Assembly (NCBI GenBank): GCA_963843575.1 | Contig: CAWJKZ010000009.1 | Span: 1 to 64,000 of the forward strand | Direction: 5' to 3' | Source of the DNA: an uncultured Acidobacteriota bacterium | GTDB taxonomy: Bacteria > Acidobacteriota > UBA6911 | Length of the DNA stretch: 64,000 nt | Shown: piece by piece, positions 11,599 to 23,042 of the stretch | Numbering within the stretch: position 1 is the stretch's first letter | Layout: each line of letters begins with the position of its first letter | Translations under genes and position numbers: made by a program | Notes under the pieces: model-generated | Told to the model about the DNA's origin: nothing | What the model saw: only the letters and a program-made list of their open reading frames with translations | Database searches by the model: none

Positions 11599-12021
11599 TC
11601 AACGAAAAGGCCTGAAAACATCGCCGCACACGATCAACACTTTGGGCGCGGTATTTCCTTTCTGTTCAATTTCAATCAGCACGACGTAGCTGAACGGTCG
11701 ATAGCCAACCACGCCCCTTCTCACGCGAAAGCTGCTTGTTTCGGAAGCGCCCAGGACTTCAACAAAGTTCATACGCAGCAATCGCTCGTAAAGGCTCCTC
11801 ACCTCGTCCATGCTGCGCTGCGTGCTAAAAACACGCACGGTTCCAGACGGATCTCTGAAGTATGGGTCCTTTGAGAACTGGGCTTCATAACTACCGACCA
11901 GATGCGATAAGGCGATGCAACCGACGCGACGGAACACATCGAGCTTGTACAGAAATATCACCAGAGTCGAGAAGAGAACGGCTCCGATAACGAGCTTTGT
12001 CAGACTACGCCGGTCCCTCAT
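11599..12021 (-). CDS. Hypothetical protein with N-terminal membrane anchor
   Basis: Open frame with hydrophobic LVIGAVLFSTLVIFLY; family not recognised. Confidence 0.45.
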   Translation of the reverse strand: MRDRRSLTKLVIGAVLFSTLVIFLYKLDVFRRVGCIALSHLVGSYEAQFSKDPYFRDPSGTVRVFSTQRSMDEVRSLYERLLRMNFVEVLGASETSSFRVRRGVVGYRPFSYVVLIEIEQKGNTAPKVLIVCGDVFRPFR

Positions 12022-12331
12022 ACCGTATCCAAGGACCTCGAAGTATTTTAGTTTCAGGACCACTCAAGTATGCCGTATGTACGTTCTAATTTTATGGCAC
12101 AAATGGCTGTGGAGGCAACGTTTTACACGATCACACGGCGGCACGCTCCTAAGATACGGCGCTATGGGAAGTAATCACCTTGGACAGAGATCAAATCCCC
12201 TGTGCACAAGTTTACTTCCCAGATCGCGGGGGAGTAATTCCCGAAAATCCAGCTCGGGCCAAGCGGCGCGGAGCGATCATGAGGGCTTGACCGGTTCCAA
12301 AGCTATCCATTAGCGGAAGCGAGCCTCGGCT

Positions 12332-12490
12332 CTACTCTCCGGCAGTCTTGCTACGTGCGAGAAAGACAATCCCCAGGACTAGGAACGCCACGCCCACACC
12401 GATAAAAGAGCTTTGTCTTGACATTCCCAGCGATATGAATGCGATCCCGATTGCAAAGAATGCAATACCAACAGGTTTCTTTGATCTCAC
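12332..12490 (-). CDS. Small 52-aa two-helix membrane protein (not in the ORF track)
   Basis: GAGAGG RBS, GTG start, MRSKKPVGIAFFAIGIAFISLGMSRQSSFIGVGVAFLVLGIVFLARSKTAGE*. Confidence 0.6.
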   Translation of the reverse strand: MRSKKPVGIAFFAIGIAFISLGMSRQSSFIGVGVAFLVLGIVFLARSKTAGE

Positions 12491-13234
12491 ATTTACCTCT
12501 CAAGTTGTTTCGCTTCATCGAACGCCAAGGTCGACCCGCTACCAACAGTAGCGGGCAAAATAAGAGCGCAGCCCATGAATCCTCTCCACAAACCAAGGGG
12601 TGCGCACTCCGGATGAAGCACGGGAAGACCTTGAACCGGAATCGCCACCCTTGACCGGAGCCACCTCCTCCTGCATCTGTGCATCACCCGGGTGCTCTGG
12701 CATGCCGGGCGTCGCACCTGATGCAGTCGATATCTCAGCTTGGCCGATCTTGGGCTTTATAATGAGCTGGCGCAATTTTGGCTAGCTGAATCCGCAGGAC
12801 TTGCGGCAGTTTAGGGAGCCCAGACAGGCCAACTCCCCTGATACGCATTATGAAAGCCCGCCCCGCGGAATCGGGATGGGCACAGTAATGGCGGCTGTCT
12901 GGCGACAGGCGAGGGGCTCTGCCCCTGACCCCGGGATTTTCTGAGGCATGGCTCTGGTGGCCGATAGATTAGGTGAGGCATCTGATGAATGTCATATGTC
13001 AGAGGCCTGATGCACCATCGGCGCACCGTCGGCCTGACTATCCCTTGCCAGGTTGCGTCCCCGCAGAGCCTGACTCCGTTTCGCCAGGCGGGTTCAGTCT
13101 AGCACACAGGAAATTGCAGGTTGAAGAATCGGCGCGAGCTGTCGGGGAGATCCATTATGAAAAGAAGACGCTCCAACAGCGGTAAGATTGGTATCGGTGA
13201 AAAAAACCATTCCAAACCGTCGAAGGAGCGTCTG

Positions 13235-14290
13235 ATGAAAAAGTATATCGGCATGGATGTCCACAAAGCAACAACGGTGATAGCGGTCATCAGTGAATCG
13301 GGCAGGTGGATTATGGACACCGTTGTTGAAACGTCCCCACAGGAAATCCTCGATTTCATCAACGGGCAGCGCGGGACGCTGCATGTCACTCTGGAGGAGT
13401 GTGCACAGGCGGCCTGGCTTTACGACCTGCTCCGGCCGCACGTCGCGGACGTGTTGGTTTGCGATCCACGAAAGATCGCCAGGGCAAGCAACAACAAGGC
13501 AGACAAGTCCGACGCCATGCGGTTGGCGGAGTTGCTTCGCACCAATGCCCTGAGGCGGGTCTATCATGGCGAGCAGAGTACGCAGGGGTTGAAGGAACTG
13601 ACGCAAGGTTACACCTGCCTGATCTCGGACCGGACCCGCGTCAAAAATCGCCTGAAGGCTCTGTTCCGAGCCCGGGGAATCGCCTGTGAAGGCGCCGGAG
13701 TCTACAGCCTGGAGGAACGGGAACAGTGGCTGGCGAAACTGGACACGGCAGCGGTCCGTGCCCGGGCGGAGCGACTCTGCACTGAACTGGACTGCCTCGA
13801 GTGTCTGTCTATAGAGGCAGAGCAGGAAATGACGGCCGAGGCACGGAAACATCCGGCGGTAAGGATTCTTCGCACCATACCCGGAATCGGATTTGTCCGG
13901 GCAGCCGTCATTATCGGCGTGGCTGGCACTCCCCACCGTTTTCGAACCAAGAGGCAGTTCTGGAGCTACTGCGGCCTGGCGGTACGCACCGAGGCGAGTT
14001 CGGAATACAGGATCGTCGATGGGAAAGTCCTTCGATCCGGCAGGCGGCCACTTGTTCGAGGGTTGAATCAGAACTACAGCCGTCCGCTGAAGTCGGTATT
14101 CAAGAGTGCGGCCAGGACTGTCGCCTCGGGACCATGGCGGTCGTATTTCGAGGCCATGATCGGAAACGGAACACCCGAATCCCTGGCATACCTGACTCTG
14201 GCCAGGAAAATCGCTTCCATTACCCTGGCACTCTGGAAAAGAGGAGAACGCTATAGCGAGAAGAAACTGAAAATGTCGCACGCGGCATGA
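13235..14290 (+). CDS. IS110-family recombinase/transposase
   Basis: RuvC DEDD: YIGMDVHK, LEE, KADKSDA; TIPGIG and SYCGLA in the Tnp domain; AAGGAG RBS. Confidence 0.95.
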   Translation: MKKYIGMDVHKATTVIAVISESGRWIMDTVVETSPQEILDFINGQRGTLHVTLEECAQAAWLYDLLRPHVADVLVCDPRKIARASNNKADKSDAMRLAELLRTNALRRVYHGEQSTQGLKELTQGYTCLISDRTRVKNRLKALFRARGIACEGAGVYSLEEREQWLAKLDTAAVRARAERLCTELDCLECLSIEAEQEMTAEARKHPAVRILRTIPGIGFVRAAVIIGVAGTPHRFRTKRQFWSYCGLAVRTEASSEYRIVDGKVLRSGRRPLVRGLNQNYSRPLKSVFKSAARTVASGPWRSYFEAMIGNGTPESLAYLTLARKIASITLALWKRGERYSEKKLKMSHAA

Positions 14291-14690
14291 GGCGTCTCGA
14301 AGGCTGACTGCACAAGTCGGCAAGGGTATTCCGGTTGAAACCCGAACGAGACGCGAGGTCGAGGGTGAGTCTCAAGAACGCCGTTAGGCCCGGAGCTGGA
14401 GTCTCCCAGATACCATAGGCCCCCTCGCATGACCAAATAAAGCAATAGGCTTCCAAGTCTCAGATAGGACCATGGTCGGCAACATGGCCGCTGCGCTTTG
14501 AAAGTCTCGAACGGACCTGAATCCCGCTGCCCCTTACGCAGTCAGCTGCAATGACGGCAAGTGCAGGCGTCAATCCATGAAGTGGTAGTGCAGGTTCGGC
14601 GGGGCAGCATTAACGAGCGTTGGCTGGATGTCGTGCACCGACAAAAAGCGCCCCCGTGCCTGGGGCGGAGAGATTTGTCCTTGACATCCG
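14291..14690 (+). ncRNA. Putative bridge/seek RNA region of the IS1111-type element
   Basis: Non-coding right end with long-range complementarity (GCTGACTGC 14303 / GCAGTCAGC 14538; GCTGCCCC 14526 / GGGGCAGC 14601); position matches IS1111-group guide RNAs. Confidence 0.5.
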
Positions 14691-14836
14691 CTTTCATAGG
14701 ACGGCGTTCGCGTCAATCATCTCTGGCTGGACGAAGCGGGTTCAAATGGTAGTCATTCCCGCGAACACTATTTTTGCGAGCCAGCATGAGATTCTGCTTT
14801 TCTGGCATAGAACTCAGCCGGGTGCGGGTACGAGCT

Positions 14837-15547
14837 TCAGGCTCCGCTCGCCGAACCAGCGGCTTTCTCGGGATAGAGGCGGTCGAACTCGGGGTCGTAG
14901 CGCAGTATGGCCAGATCGGGATCGCGGCGCGCCCAAGCCGAGTCTTTGAAGCCTGATTCCCATGTCTTGCGAAGCGCGTCGATTGCTTCTTGCTTTCGGC
15001 CAAGACCGCAGTACAGGCAGGCGGCGTTATAGAGAATCGACGCTTCGTTCGCGCGCAAAGTCACCGCGAGGTTCAGTTCGCGCAACGCGTCATCGGACCG
15101 GCCGAGTTCAGCGTAATCGGCGCCCAGCAGGACTCGCGCACGCGCATCCTCCGGCAGCACCGTGCCGACGGAGAATATGTCGGTCCGCCCATCCACAAGC
15201 TGGCCTCGCGCCTGCTCCCGTGACATGTAGGTAATGGTGCCAATGGCGGAACCCGGAGACGTCAGTCCGGCACTGGCAGCCATTGTCTGCACCTCGGTCG
15301 CTTGCCCGAACCCAGCTTCCTCCACTGTGATCTTCGCCAGGCCAAAATCGAGGATCTTCAGTTGCCCGCGGTCCGTGACAAAGAGATTTTCCGACTTGAT
15401 GTCGCGGTGAACGATGCCCTTGGCGTGTGCCGATTCAAGCGCATCGGCCATTGCAGGCTCGAATCCGGCAACCCGCAGATGGCGACGGGCCGAGAGGTCC
15501 TGCCATAGTCCCGCCCCAAACATGGGGACGACTGGGCTTCTTCCCAC
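14837..15547 (-). pseudogene. Ser/Thr kinase-TPR protein remnant with internal deletion
   Basis: [28 protein letters not shown] joined directly to a TPR-like tail (LYNAACLY); N-lobe missing. Confidence 0.75.
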
Positions 15548-15595
15548 GTACGGACGTGGTCATTGCCGGATGGCGCGATCAGCCCGCCTCCGGAA

Positions 15596-16021
15596 TCACA
15601 GGCGGGACAACCACTCCACAACTATGAGACCGTCATCTTCGACCGTGCGGAACTCCGGATCGCCCGTAAGGAGCGCACAGTCGTAATATTGCGCCAGGGC
15701 TACGGCAAATGCATCGGCGTAGGAAATTGGATAACGTGCTCTTATGTGCGCAGCCGAGATCACCTCGGCTCTTGAGACCGGCACGATATGCAGCGGTAAC
15801 TGATCTATGGCAGCCAGCACACGCTGTGCAACAAAAAGGTCCCTTTCACGCTCTATTATGTACAGAACCTCCCCTACGTTGATGAGTGAGATATATAGGG
15901 AGCATTCCCCGGATGCCGCGTCACTCAACAGTTCTTTCACCCGTGGCCTGCCCGCCTCACCCTCCAGGTAAGCCAGCAAGGCGAAACTATCCAGTACAAA
16001 GGCAGAGGACTCAGCGGCCAC
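15596..16021 (-). CDS. vapC: PIN-domain toxin
   Basis: FVLDSFALLAYL, NVGEVLY, ISYADAFAVALA, LLTGDPEF. Confidence 0.9.
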   Translation of the reverse strand: MAAESSAFVLDSFALLAYLEGEAGRPRVKELLSDAASGECSLYISLINVGEVLYIIERERDLFVAQRVLAAIDQLPLHIVPVSRAEVISAAHIRARYPISYADAFAVALAQYYDCALLTGDPEFRTVEDDGLIVVEWLSRL

Positions 16022-16256
16022 GGATTTTCGCACGCCGCTTTTCCGTGCGGTGTTCCGCCAGCAGCGCGCGGCGGAGTGACTTGCGCCCTTTGAGCATTCC
16101 GGCGGTCTGCCGGACCGGATCCTGGAATTTGGGCACGATGGCCAGAACTCCGCCATAATCCACAACCTGCACTTCGGTGCCGGGATCAAGATGATGTTTT
16201 CGGCGCAGCTCGGCCGGAATCACCACCCAGCCCTTCTCAGAAACAACGACCGTCAT
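16011..16256 (-). CDS. vapB: AbrB/MazE-type antitoxin
   Basis: VSEKGWVVIPAELRRKHHLDPG; overlaps the toxin start. Confidence 0.9.
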   Translation of the reverse strand: MTVVVSEKGWVVIPAELRRKHHLDPGTEVQVVDYGGVLAIVPKFQDPVRQTAGMLKGRKSLRRALLAEHRTEKRRAKIRGR

Positions 16257-16343
16257 GTTCCCACTCCCTGTGAGTTATACAAATCAGCTGAAAAGTATAA
16301 CGCATGGGATAGGGTTGGAAACAATGGGGGGCATCCGATGCCT

Positions 16344-16520
16344 TTACGCTGCCAGGGACGATATCCAGATGGCGGCCCCAGGGTACTGGGCGTATGCGGC
16401 GGTGCCGAGGACCGCTCCCGGATGCGTCATCGCTTCTGTGATCGTCGGCGAGGGCATCTGGCCCGCGTCCGGCGGCCGATCGTGGAGTGCCCGCGCAAGA
16501 CCGAAATCGAGGATTGTCGG
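16344..16520 (-). pseudogene. Ser/Thr kinase fragment
   Basis: ILDFGLARAL...MTHPGAVLGTAAY only. Confidence 0.6.
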
Positions 16521-16625
16521 CGTCGTCGGCGACGCGATGAGGGTCGATCCCACGGCCGGGCTGCGCTTCGAGTAGCGCAGGGTGAGCCGGGCCGCCCCCT
16601 CTGCGGACCACAAGCAGCGGGAGTC

Positions 16626-17984
16626 TTACCTGTCTTCCCCCAGGGCTTTCGCGAAATCGATCCTGGCGTTCCAGGCCGACAGCAGGGCCTCCTGGTACTG
16701 GTGATTGGCCTGCTCGAGGCTGGTTTGCGACTGCAGGACGTCTTTGAGCAGGGAAGCTTCGGCCCGGTAGCGGTTGGTGGTGACACGGACACTCTCGGTC
16801 GACGATTCCTGCGTCATTTGAGCGATGCGCAGCAGCCGGCGGGTTTGCTGCAGTTTTCGGAACTTGTCGCCCACGTCGATCAGGACGGACGATTCGATCT
16901 CGACCAGCCCGTTCCTTGCCTGCTCGATGACCAGGTCCTTCTCGGCCAGCTCATGCTTCTTGCGCCCCCAGTCGAAGACTTCCCACTTCATCGTCAGTCC
17001 GAGGGCGGCGTAGTTTCTGGGGATGAGGCTGTTGAAGTTGCGCGGAGAGAAGTAGAGAAAACTCAGGCTGACGTCGGGTATGAACTCGGATCGTTTCAGC
17101 CGGCGATCGCCCTCGGCCTGCTTCACCCTGATCCTGGCCTCGTTCACCTCGGGGCGCTGCTCGAGAGCGCGTGCACGTGCCGCGGAGAGGTCCATCTCGT
17201 AGCCGGCGGGCTCGTCGGGCCGGCTCACGTCGAACTCGGTCAGCACGGGACGTCCCAGGAGCCGGTTTAGCTGTTCCTTCAGCCCGGCGAGCTGGTCGCC
17301 GCAGGTCAACGCGTCGTATTCGGCTTTGGCCAGGCGGATCTTCACCCCGAGGCTGTCGGATTTCAGCACGGCTTGCTGGACCACGTACTCGTCCGTCACC
17401 CGGTCGATTTCGCGATGGAGCTTGGTGACCTCGAGGGCGGCGTGCAGGCCGCTTTGAGCCTGGAGGATCGCGAAATACACCTGCCTCACGTTCTGTGCGA
17501 TCTCGTGCTCACTCTGGCGGCGTTCTTCCAAACGCAGGTCGCGATTCAGCCGCAGCTGGTTCAGGCCCAGGTGTATGCGGTACAGCTGCGACAGCGGCTG
17601 GTCCACCTGTCCGATGATAACGGCGGTGGGCGCGAGCCCGGTGCTGATGCGGGTGTCCCGGGCCGGTATGGGGCCGATACCCGGGTAGCGGCCGAAAACC
17701 CCGGTCAGAAAAGTGAAGTCGATCTGGTGGAGCTGCTGGGCACTGACGACGTTCAGGTTGAACGAAGGCAGCCGCCGGCTGCGCAACGCGGCCAGCTGCT
17801 GGTCCGCGATCTGGAGGCCGATCGAGGCGTTCCGAGCCAGACGGTTGTTCTGAAATGCCAGGGTGATCGCCTGCTCCAGCGAGAGCACCTCTCCGGCTGC
17901 GGACGCCGGCTGGTCGCTCTGGGCGGCCAGGGGCAGCGCGACGATCACGCAGAACAGAACGGTAAAGCACCCTTGGTAGCGCAT
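16626..17984 (-). CDS. TolC-family outer membrane efflux protein
   Basis: Signal peptide, LSLEQAITLA, two OEP repeats, WEVFDWG. Confidence 0.9.
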   Translation of the reverse strand: MRYQGCFTVLFCVIVALPLAAQSDQPASAAGEVLSLEQAITLAFQNNRLARNASIGLQIADQQLAALRSRRLPSFNLNVVSAQQLHQIDFTFLTGVFGRYPGIGPIPARDTRISTGLAPTAVIIGQVDQPLSQLYRIHLGLNQLRLNRDLRLEERRQSEHEIAQNVRQVYFAILQAQSGLHAALEVTKLHREIDRVTDEYVVQQAVLKSDSLGVKIRLAKAEYDALTCGDQLAGLKEQLNRLLGRPVLTEFDVSRPDEPAGYEMDLSAARARALEQRPEVNEARIRVKQAEGDRRLKRSEFIPDVSLSFLYFSPRNFNSLIPRNYAALGLTMKWEVFDWGRKKHELAEKDLVIEQARNGLVEIESSVLIDVGDKFRKLQQTRRLLRIAQMTQESSTESVRVTTNRYRAEASLLKDVLQSQTSLEQANHQYQEALLSAWNARIDFAKALGEDR

Positions 17985-18092
17985 AGGTGACCCTCTGCCG
18001 GTATGGAGTGCGGCGCCCGGCACCGGACCTTTCCTGATCCGCGTCAATCCGCGTCCGAAAAAAACACGTCATCACATCCGTGAATCTGCCCG

Positions 18093-21000
18093 CTACGTGT
18101 GCCGCAGTAGGCCGATCTCGGGTGACACCCGGCTTCGGATCTCGTCCGCTGCCGGCCCCCACTTCACGATCTTCAGATCCAGGACGAAGATGGCATAGAG
18201 CACCGGCACGAGCAGCAGCGTGACGAAGGTCGCCACGATCAGCCCGCCGATCTGGGCGTAGCACAGCGGCTCCCACAGCGGTCCGCCGTGCATCGCCAGC
18301 GGAACCAGCCCGAACACGGTCGCCCCGACCGTGATCATGACCGGGCGCAGGCGCACGATGCCGGCGTCGAGCAGGGCCTCCCGCAGCGGCTCCCCGTGCG
18401 CGTGCCGCTCCTCGATGAAGTCGAAGAGCACGATGACGTGGCTGACGATGACCCCGATCAGGCTGGCGATGCCCAGGAACGCCATGAAGCCGAACGGCGC
18501 GCCCATCAGGGCGAGAGCGCGCGAAGGCGCCCGCGACGCCGTAGGGGATCGCCGCGAACACGATCAGCGGTTTCACGGCGTTCCTGAACTGAACGACCAG
18601 CGCCAGGAAGATAGCACAGGATGGAGACGACCATCACGAGCGCCAGCTGCCGGAAGCCCTTCACCTGCTCCTCGTTCTCGCCGCCGATCTCGAGCCTGTA
18701 GCCGGGCGGGAGGTTGGCCGCCAGGTCCATCAGCGGCTTGTGAGCGGAATCGAGCACCTCCGACGGCAGCGCGCCGGGGACCGGGAAGCAGGAGACGGTG
18801 ATGGTCCGGAACTGGTTCCGCGCCGGAGTTTCTCGTTTTCCATCGGTACTCGAGAGACGACACCTGCGCAGCGGCACCTTCTGCGTTCCCTGCATGCGAG
18901 TAGACGTACAGGTTCTGCAGGTCGGACAGACTGGGCGCGCTCCTCCATGCGCAGCCGCGCCACGATCGGGATGATCTGGTTCGCCCTCCCGCAGGGTGCT
19001 GACCGGGTAGCCGTTCAGCGCGGCGGCCGAGCGAGACCGCGACGTCGAGGTTGGAGATGCCGGCCAGGTTGGCGCGATCGGGATCGACCTTCAACTTCAC
19101 CGCGAACGATCTCAGCCCCCCAGTCGTCCCGGACCCGGTCCGCGATCGGGATGGCGCGGAAGATCGCCTTTCACCTCTTCCGCCAGCGCGCGGAGCGGCT
19201 CGATGTCCTCGCCGGAGATACGCACCGCGACCGGGATCCCGACGGGCTTGCCCGATCTCGAGCTGCCGGACGTCGACCCGCGCGCCGACGATCTCCGCCG
19301 CAAGCGCCCGCTGTAGCGGCGTCACCAGCCCGTGCGTGTCGTGCTTGTCGGTCACCTTGATGACGACCTGGGCGTAGTTCAGCTGCTGCAGCTCCGGGAG
19401 CAGCGAGAACCAGAAGCGCGGGCCGCCTCCCCCGAGAAACGTGGTGAGCGAATCCAGCACCGCGCGCGGTTGCCCTTTCTCGTCCGGGTGCTCGTGTCCG
19501 TACTCCTCGGCGACACGGCTGATCACCCCCTCGACCCTCTGCGCCGCTTCATTGGTCGCCGAAAGCGGGGCGTCTTCGGGCAGCCAGACGTCGACGTAGG
19601 ACAGGTAGGCGAAGGTCCTTCGGGAAGAACTTCGGTCACCAGCGTCCTGGCCAGCAGCCCGCCCGCCACGAGGAACAGCAGGGAGACGCGAGAGGACGGC
19701 CCACCGGTGCTTCAGGGCCGCGCTCGCCGACCCGGTAGTAGAACCCGCCGAAGCCGCGGGTCCTGCGCTGCTCGACGGACATCTGGGGGCGTCGCCTTGG
19801 GCGGAGCAGGTAGTAGCTCGAGCAGCGGGATGAACGTCATGGACACGAGGCGCGACGCCACCAGCGCAGCAGGTCAGCACGACCGGCAGGCTGTAGATGA
19901 AATTCCCGGATGTCGCCGCGTCAGCAGCAGGAACGGCAGATAGGCGACGATGTTGGTGATCGTCGCGAAGAGGATCGCCGTGCGAGTCTTGGTCGGCCCG
20001 AGCCACGCGACGATCCGCGCGCGCGGGTGCGGCCGCTGTCGAGACTCGCGCTTGATCGCGTCGCCGGCGACGACCGGGTCGTCCACCAGCAGTCCCAGCG
20101 CGATGATCAGCGAGGCGATCGAGACCTGCTGCAGGTCGATGCCCAGCACGTGCATCATCCCGAAGGTCATCGCGAGCGTGATCGGGATCGAGAGCGCCAT
20201 CAGCATGCGCGGAGCGCCACTCCCAGAAGCCCACGAGGGCCACGAGGACGACCAGCAAGATCGCCTCGTAGAGGCTCTTCATGAACAGCCCGATGCTTTC
20301 CTCCACCTGCAGCGGCTGGTCGGAGACCCGGGCGACCACGAGGTCGTCGCGGGAGGCGTTTCTGCAACGGACGAGAGCGCCGCGTCGGCCGTTTCGCCGA
20401 ACTCGCCGATCTGCCCCCCGGACCGCATCTGCACGGCCAGGGTGATGCAGCGCGTGCGTTGCCAGTGACCGGCGGCGTCCCGCCAGTTGAAGAAGTTCAG
20501 AAACCGCGCGGGGCTTTCGTATTCGCGGCTGATGTCGACCAGGTCCCGCAGGTACACGGGCGTGCCGGATGCGGTCGCGGTGACGAGCACATCCCCGATC
20601 TCGTTTTCGTTCTTGAACTCGCCGGACGGGTCGGCCACGAGATTCTTGCCTTCCACCTCGAAGACGCCCCCCGGCAAGTCGATGTTGCGGGCATTGAGAA
20701 TCGCCCTTATCGCGCTGGGCTGAACGCCGTAGGAGGCGAGGCGCTCCTGCGAGTAATCCAGACAGATCCGCTCCCTGAGCAGGCCGAATCGTTCCACTTT
20801 CGACACGAGCGGGACCGTCTGGAGTGTCCGGGCCATCAGGTCCGTGAACTGCTCCAGGTCGGCGTAGCTGTACTTGTCCCCCGCCCCTTCCGTCAGCTTG
20901 CGCTGCGCGTCTGCGGGATTCCGGATGACGACCGGTTCCCAGAGGTCGGGGTGCATTTCGGACGCGCGCAGCCGCTCGCGCCGGATGGTGCGGAACGCCT

Positions 21001-21748
21001 CCAGGATGCCCGCGTCGTCCGGGCCGTACACGCCGTCGAGTCCCGCGAAGCCGGGCCCCTGGATCGTCCTGACATCCCGGGCCAACTTCCGCTCTTTGGC
21101 CTCGCCCGCAAAAATCCCGAGGTATCGGTCCAGGGGCCTGGTGTTGACCGAGCGCGGCAGGCACACGACCACGGTCGCGCGCTCACCGTCGCCGCCGGCG
21201 TCGCGGCGGACGTTCTCGATGCTTTGCCTGATGGCCTCCGCACGCAAGGCGATGTCCACCGGGTCGGCCTTCGGGCTGGCGACCGTCAACGTCAGGGCAG
21301 CGGTGTCGCCGAAATCCTTCAGGAACTCGATGGGCCCAGCCCCCTGGGGCAGGTCGTGGATGCCGTCCAGCTTCAGTTTGATGTCGTCAAACTGAAGGCC
21401 GATGTCCTGCGTTCCTTCCCGCAGCCAGATGTAGATGATGGAGACGCTCGTGCGGGTGACCGAGTCGATCTTTTCCACCTTGCTGTTTTCGGCGATCTTC
21501 TGTTCCATCTTGCGCGTGACGAGTTGCTCCACCTTGTCCGCGCTGATGCCGGGCCACCGGCAGACCGCGACCGCGACCCGTATCGGGATCTCCGGATCCT
21601 TCCGTTTCGGCATGGCGAAGTACGAAAACACTCCCCAGATGATGGTGCCGACGAGCAGAACCCACGAGATGTGACGGTTCTCCGTGAAGAACCTGGCCGC
21701 GTTGCGGGTCTGCTTGATGATTAGCGTGTCACTCAGCTCGTGCGCCAT
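18093..21748 (-). CDS. RND efflux permease (AcrB-like), many frameshifts between 18500 and 20400
   Basis: PKRKDPEIP..VEQLVT, LIIALGLLVDDPVV, RLRPVMIT, GGPLWEPLCYAQIGGL across several frames. Confidence 0.85.
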
Positions 21749-21848
21749 AGTCCGCCATTTGCACCGGCCGGAGCCGGCGGAAGCCCGGAGGTATTCTCCG
21801 GCGGGCGGGAACTCGTCCCATCATGACGTCGCACCTTCCGTTTGGTGC

Positions 21849-23042
21849 TCACGGGATGATGCGAACCGATTCGCCGTCCGCTACAATGGATGCGCCTGCG
21901 ACAACCACCTGATCGCCTGTTTTCAGCCCCGAAGCCGCCTCGATGGAATTTCCGAATACTGGCCCGAGCTTGACCTCCCTCAGCCGCGCGACGTGATCCC
22001 CCCCGACCACAAACACGCCATAGGAACCCGCCGCCCGACCCGAGCGGACCACGGCCGAGAGAGGAACCACCATGGGGCTGACCGGCGCCTCTTCCCCGAC
22101 CTGCAGGGAAACGACCATGCCAACCTTGAGCAGCCCGGACTCGTTCGGGATCGTGGTCTCGAAATCAAATAGGCGGCTTTTCGGATCCGCAGTGGGCGAG
22201 ATGCGGCTGATCCTGCCGCTCAGCTCCACGCCCGGAACTCCCTCGCTGGTCATGGCCAGCCGGTTCCCCACCTTGAGTTTCGGCATCGCGCGGTCGGGGA
22301 CCGCGAAAACGACCTTCACCGAAGAGGTGTCGGCGAGCACGAAGCTGACGGTGCCCGGCGCGACGAGAGAACCGGGCGTGATCATCTGCTTGAGCACGGT
22401 CCCCGTGATGGGCGCCCTGAGCGAGCAATCCTCCAGCGCGGTCCTGGCCTCCTGCAGGCCGGCGTTGGCCTGGGCGATCTTGGCAGTCACTGCCGAGACC
22501 TGCGCCGAGGCTTGCTTCACCTTGTCCAGGACCACGTCCAGCCTGGTCTTTGCCGCGTCGAACTCCGGCCGGGTCACGCTCCGGCTTTCGAATAGCATGC
22601 TCGCCCGATCGAAATCGCGTTTGGCCTGATCGCGGGTGGTCTCGGCCTCCGACAACAGAGCCTGTGCGCCCTGCAACGCCGCCTGCGCCTCGGCCAGCTG
22701 CGACTCGACCTGCTTCACCCGAGCCGCGTAGGTTGTCTCCCGGAGGCGCGCGAGAACCGCCCCCTTCGTGACGCGGTCCCCTTCCTGAATGTCCCGGGTA
22801 TGGCCCCCGCCCGCCTCGAGCTGCATCAGCGAGGCGACGTAGTCGCCGACGCGAAAGGCCACGAGCACCTGCTGGCTTGGCTGGACGTTTCCCGAAAAGC
22901 GCGACGGAGTGACAACCTGCGATTGCTGCACCGCCTGCACCTTTACGGGGACGAGGGGCTTTTGGTAGCCCTGTTCCTTGTGGCATGCGGCGATCAGCGT
23001 CGCCATGCCCAGCGCGGGCACGATGCCTGGAATGAGTTTCAT
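21849..23042 (-). CDS. RND periplasmic adaptor (MFP) lipoprotein
   Basis: Lipobox LIAAC, coiled-coil hairpin, LRAPITGTV, GRISRISPTAD. Confidence 0.9.
   Translation of the reverse strand: MKLIPGIVPALGMATLIAACHKEQGYQKPLVPVKVQAVQQSQVVTPSRFSGNVQPSQQVLVAFRVGDYVASLMQLEAGGGHTRDIQEGDRVTKGAVLARLRETTYAARVKQVESQLAEAQAALQGAQALLSEAETTRDQAKRDFDRASMLFESRSVTRPEFDAAKTRLDVVLDKVKQASAQVSAVTAKIAQANAGLQEARTALEDCSLRAPITGTVLKQMITPGSLVAPGTVSFVLADTSSVKVVFAVPDRAMPKLKVGNRLAMTSEGVPGVELSGRISRISPTADPKSRLFDFETTIPNESGLLKVGMVVSLQVGEEAPVSPMVVPLSAVVRSGRAAGSYGVFVVGGDHVARLREVKLGPVFGNSIEAASGLKTGDQVVVAGASIVADGESVRIIP

Larger units (their letters stand above)
13149..14701 (+). mobile_element. IS110-family element, IS1111-type organisation
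   Basis: Sub-terminal inverted motifs TATGAAA (13156) and TTTCATA (14692); TTGACA at 14681; short left end and ~400-nt right non-coding end. Confidence 0.7.
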
